From an uncultured Candidatus Saccharibacteria bacterium (GTDB taxonomy: Bacteria > Patescibacteriota > Minisyncoccia > Phycocordibacterales > Phycocordibacteraceae): 34,232 bases of DNA. Location: NCBI GenBank assembly GCA_964418065.1, contig CAYQJR010000001.1, forward strand, positions 8,599-42,830, written 5' to 3'. Shown in pieces: positions 31,143 to 34,232 of the stretch; position 1 is the stretch's first letter; each line of letters opens with the position of its first letter. The position numbers and the translations under genes were made by a program. The notes under the pieces were generated by a model. It was not told the origin of the DNA. It saw nothing but the letters and a program-made list of their open reading frames with translations, and made no database searches.

Positions 31143-31547
31143 TTAGATTTCGTTTGCTTTCCAGATGAGCTCGTAGGGTTTTTCGCGGTCGTCTTCGTCA
31201 GCGCTGATCCGATAGAGCCGTATCGGAAAAGAGGCGTTGTTGAGCACGACCAGACGGAATGTCCCGTCGAACATCACGAAAGCCTCCATGCAGACATACT
31301 CAGACCCTTTCCGCGGACTGCAGATCTTCTTGCCCGCGAAGGTACCGAGCTTGTACACCCACGCGACGTTATGCGGCATCAGCGATCTGTTCGGCTGCGT
31401 TTCCTGTGCCCAGGCGTTGGAGCTGGATACCATACATGCGGCCGCGCACACGAACAAGAGCATCCCGCGCAGGAGCCGCCGGAGCGGCTTCATGTCGGGC
31501 AAATTGAACCGGAACCAGTAATACCTCAGTAAGGTCTTGGTCATCAT
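31143..31547 (-). CDS. Secreted hypothetical protein
   Basis: GGGGGAA lies just upstream of the ATGATG start. The signal peptide is LLRGMLLFVCAAACMVSSSNAWA (alternative ATG at 31493). No family recognised. Confidence 0.5.
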   Translation of the reverse strand: MMTKTLLRYYWFRFNLPDMKPLRRLLRGMLLFVCAAACMVSSSNAWAQETQPNRSLMPHNVAWVYKLGTFAGKKICSPRKGSEYVCMEAFVMFDGTFRLVVLNNASFPIRLYRISADEDDREKPYELIWKANEI

Positions 31548-31657
31548 TTCCCCCGAAATGTGATCCTGCGTTTTGTTCTACCCATATCAATACTGCCCCC
31601 TGTAGGATGTTTGTCAATCTGTTATACACCTAGTGTGGTCCGTGATAAAATCACTCT

Positions 31658-32893
31658 ATGTCCGAGCCCCTTTCATCTGATTCCTACAAGGGCGTGCGCG
31701 ATTTCTATCCGAAGGACTGGGCGCGCTTGAGTGCAATCTTCGGCACACTGCGAAAGACGCTCGCGCTCTGGGGCTACGAGGAGTACAACGCTTCCCCGCT
31801 TGAACGCGCCGAGCTCTATGAGGCGAAGACCTCTGAAGAAATTGTAAACGAGCAGACTTACACCTTCACGGACCGCGGCGATCGCAAAGTGACCCTACGC
31901 CCCGAGATGACTCCCACGCTCGCACGCATGGTGGCCGCCAAACGCCGCGAACTCGCTACGCCCCTGCGCTGGTTCTCGATTCCGAATGTCTTCCGTTACG
32001 AACGGCCGCAGAAGGGCCGTCTGCGCGAGCATTACCAGCTCAATGTGGACCTTATCGGCGTCGCGTCAGAGGACGCGGATATTGAGATACTCCGAGTCGC
32101 TTCCGAACTCCTTAAGGCGTTTGGCGCCAAGGAGAGCGACTTCATCATCCGTGTGAATTCGCGCGCGCTCCTCACCGCGGCCTGCAAAGCCGCGGGACTG
32201 CAGGCCGACGCGACGCGCGCCTATCTGCGTCTCTTGGATAAGAAATCTAAGATGACGTCGGAAACCTTTGAGGCGGCGCGAGACAGCATTACGGCGAAGG
32301 ACCCGCTTACGCTTGTTGACACTAAGGAAATGACAGCCTTGGTCGCTACCCTTCAGAAACTCGGTGTGACGAACGTCGTCTTTGACCCGACGCTCACCCG
32401 CGGGTTTGATTACTACACGGGTGTTGTGTTTGAGATATTTGATACGAATCCGGCGAACCCGCGCTCACTCTTCGGCGGCGGCCGCTTTGATAAGCTCGTT
32501 TCCCTCTTCGGCGGCGATACTATCCCCGCAGTTGGCTTCGGTATGGGGGATGTGACCCTTGCCGACTTTCTTGAAGCGCACGGACTTATGCCAAAGGATG
32601 ACGGGAGGGCGCCCCAGCTCTACCTCGGCACGCCATCATTAAGCGACATCCCCGCCGCACAAGCATTTGCCGATGTGCTCCGCAAAGAGGGCGGACGCGT
32701 GTTTGTGAACTTGACCTCTAAGTCGCTTGGCGACCAGATTAAGGACGCGGTGAAGCGTGGTATCCCGCTCTTCATCGCGTACGGGAAAGACGAGGTCGCG
32801 AACCAAACCGTGCGGATGAAGATTCTCGCGAGTGGCGAGGAAGCAGGGCTACCCGTCTCTGAGCTCCCCGTTCGGCTACGCCCCGGCAGTTGA
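31658..32893 (+). CDS. hisS: Histidine--tRNA ligase
   Basis: Class II motifs: LRPEMTPTLARMV, RWFSIPNVFRYERPQKGRLREHYQLNVD, and GGGRFD...PAVGFGMG. C-terminal anticodon-binding domain. Confidence 0.9.
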   Translation: MSEPLSSDSYKGVRDFYPKDWARLSAIFGTLRKTLALWGYEEYNASPLERAELYEAKTSEEIVNEQTYTFTDRGDRKVTLRPEMTPTLARMVAAKRRELATPLRWFSIPNVFRYERPQKGRLREHYQLNVDLIGVASEDADIEILRVASELLKAFGAKESDFIIRVNSRALLTAACKAAGLQADATRAYLRLLDKKSKMTSETFEAARDSITAKDPLTLVDTKEMTALVATLQKLGVTNVVFDPTLTRGFDYYTGVVFEIFDTNPANPRSLFGGGRFDKLVSLFGGDTIPAVGFGMGDVTLADFLEAHGLMPKDDGRAPQLYLGTPSLSDIPAAQAFADVLRKEGGRVFVNLTSKSLGDQIKDAVKRGIPLFIAYGKDEVANQTVRMKILASGEEAGLPVSELPVRLRPGS

Positions 32894-32895
32894 AT

Positions 32896-33477
32896 ATGCG
32901 TGCGATAACCTTTGATATTGAGTCTATCTCCGATTCCGTCGTGCGCGGCCATATTGATGTGAACGAGCAGGAACTCACGGTCGTCGCCATCCACGATTCA
33001 GAAACGAATACCTATTCCTCCTACTTCAAAGACGAGCTCTCCAAGCTCTGGCCAATACTCGAGCGTGCCGACATGCTTATCGGCTTCAACTCCGACACCT
33101 TTGATATTCCGCTTTTGAATCGCTACTACCCCGGCGACCTCTCACATCTGCGCTCGCTTGATCTCCTCGCCGAAGTGCAGAAGGTGCTCGGTCGGCGCGT
33201 TCGTCTCCAGTCGCTCGCCGAAGCGACGCTCGGGAAAGGGAAGGCGGGCGACGGAATGAAGGCGGGCGAGTGGTGGAGAGAGGGCAAGAAGGCCAAGGTG
33301 GCTGAATACTGTATTGAGGATGTGCGTCTTACCCGAGAGCTCTACGACTATGCGATGAAGCACGGGGTACTTAAATATAAAGACTTAAACACTATCCGCG
33401 ATATCAAGCTCGACACCGCACATTGGGGTCATCAAGTGAATACGGCACCCGCGATGACCCACACGCTTCAGTTATGA
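32896..33477 (+). CDS. RNase H-like / DEDD 3'-5' exonuclease domain protein
   Basis: The first ATG is at 32896 (the track start at 32890 is TTG and overlaps the hisS stop). Acidic motifs are FDIES, GFNSDTFDIPLL and YCIEDV. Confidence 0.6.
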   Translation: MRAITFDIESISDSVVRGHIDVNEQELTVVAIHDSETNTYSSYFKDELSKLWPILERADMLIGFNSDTFDIPLLNRYYPGDLSHLRSLDLLAEVQKVLGRRVRLQSLAEATLGKGKAGDGMKAGEWWREGKKAKVAEYCIEDVRLTRELYDYAMKHGVLKYKDLNTIRDIKLDTAHWGHQVNTAPAMTHTLQL

Positions 33478-34166
33478 CCTCCCTTCCCCAGTTGAAATCC
33501 ATCCATACCATTCCGATTGCGATTGTTCTCGGCGGGATTATCGTCGCACTCGCCGTCTATGTATCCCTGCCGAAGCAACCCTCGGCCAGCACCGGAGAGC
33601 CGACACTCGTACGGCATGTTGATTCAACCGACCACATCTTCGGGAACCCTGCGGCAAAGGTAATCATCGTTGAGTATTCCGATTTTGACTGCGAATATTG
33701 CAAGACTTTCAATGAGGTGATGCACCAGCTCATTGCAAACGAGGGCGCGAAGGGGCAGGTGGCATGGGTCTTCCGCCACTTCCCGCTCACTGAAATTCAT
33801 CCGAATGCTCTCTCGCACGCAAAGGCCGCCGAATGCGCCGCAGAGGTCGCAGGAAATGACGCCTTCTGGAGGTTTGAGACCGAGCTCTTCGCGCGACAGC
33901 CGGTGGATACCTCGCTGTACGGCACAATCGCGAAAGCGGCGGGAGTCCCCTCCGATAATGCGTTTGCGACCTGCTATGCAAGCGAGTCGGCTTCAGCACC
34001 GCTGTTGGAACGCATCTGGAGAGACCGCCAGAACGCCCTTGATATCGGCGCAACAGGGACGCCCTATTCGCTTATTCTGGTGGCAGGCAAGCCGCCAGTC
34101 GTCTTAAACGGCTTCTACTCCTACGCCCAGATGAAAGAGCTCGTCGGCCAAGCGCTCGCGCAGTAG
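33474..34166 (+). CDS. DsbA-family thioredoxin-fold thiol:disulfide oxidoreductase, membrane-anchored
   Basis: ATG at 33474 overlaps the previous stop (ATGA). TM helix. IVEYSDFDCEYCKTF (CxxC) and GTPYSLI (cis-Pro loop). Confidence 0.78.
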   Translation: MTSLPQLKSIHTIPIAIVLGGIIVALAVYVSLPKQPSASTGEPTLVRHVDSTDHIFGNPAAKVIIVEYSDFDCEYCKTFNEVMHQLIANEGAKGQVAWVFRHFPLTEIHPNALSHAKAAECAAEVAGNDAFWRFETELFARQPVDTSLYGTIAKAAGVPSDNAFATCYASESASAPLLERIWRDRQNALDIGATGTPYSLILVAGKPPVVLNGFYSYAQMKELVGQALAQ

Positions 34167-34232
34167 CGCGAGCCGGCGGACCGGAAAATGGTAGTAAGAC
34201 TTGGCCTAGCGGCCCGGAGCGCGACCATTTTC

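Noticed and set aside
34184-34232. 9-bp inverted repeat GAAAATGGT/ACCATTTTC at the right window edge, enclosing GGCCtagcGGCC
   Set aside because: It is truncated by the window end. The 31-nt loop is too large for a simple terminator, and I could not match it to tRNA, SRP, tmRNA or RNase P starts. It cannot be interpreted without downstream sequence.
1-34232. CRISPR arrays, IS elements/transposases, integrases, reverse transcriptase/DGR components, and an alternative genetic code
   Set aside because: No regularly spaced direct repeats, no terminal inverted repeats flanking a transposase-like ORF, and no RT or recombinase motifs were seen. All family-recognisable genes are uninterrupted under the standard code.

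Overview
This is a 34.2-kb, visibly GC-rich, gene-dense bacterial chromosomal segment. It holds about 45 mostly short CDS, many of them membrane or secreted proteins, and reads cleanly with the standard code (no stop-interrupted genes). Housekeeping anchors are hisS, prmC, panD, a cold-shock protein gene and one tRNA-Asn(GTT). The gene content includes a sortase with an LPXTG-like substrate, CAP-domain proteins, a bacterial RRM protein, a Pif1-type helicase and GH130 enzymes. Together with tiny spacers, ATGA-coupled genes and few Shine-Dalgarno sequences, this fits a CPR/Patescibacteria (Parcubacteria-like) genome, but that is inference only. No CRISPR array, transposase, integrase, rRNA or reverse transcriptase was seen. 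The most unusual part is a ~2.3-kb AT-richer islet (9165-11521) next to tRNA-Asn, bounded by an exact 18-nt direct repeat of the tRNA 3' end. It carries an AbiV/HEPN-like gene, orphan genes, three diverged copies of a T-arm-like element, and two paralogous small ORFs whose substitution pattern indicates coding selection. Other points worth a second look: (1) a three-domain GH130 cluster (one membrane-anchored, one double-domain fusion) followed by a phosphomannomutase-like HAD enzyme; (2) a sortase/surface-protein locus at the left edge with a G-run-rich substrate gene; (3) a structured leader with an intrinsic terminator ahead of an FAD-linked oxidase gene. All functional calls come from motif recognition by eye. 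No database search, GC calculation or RNA folding was run.
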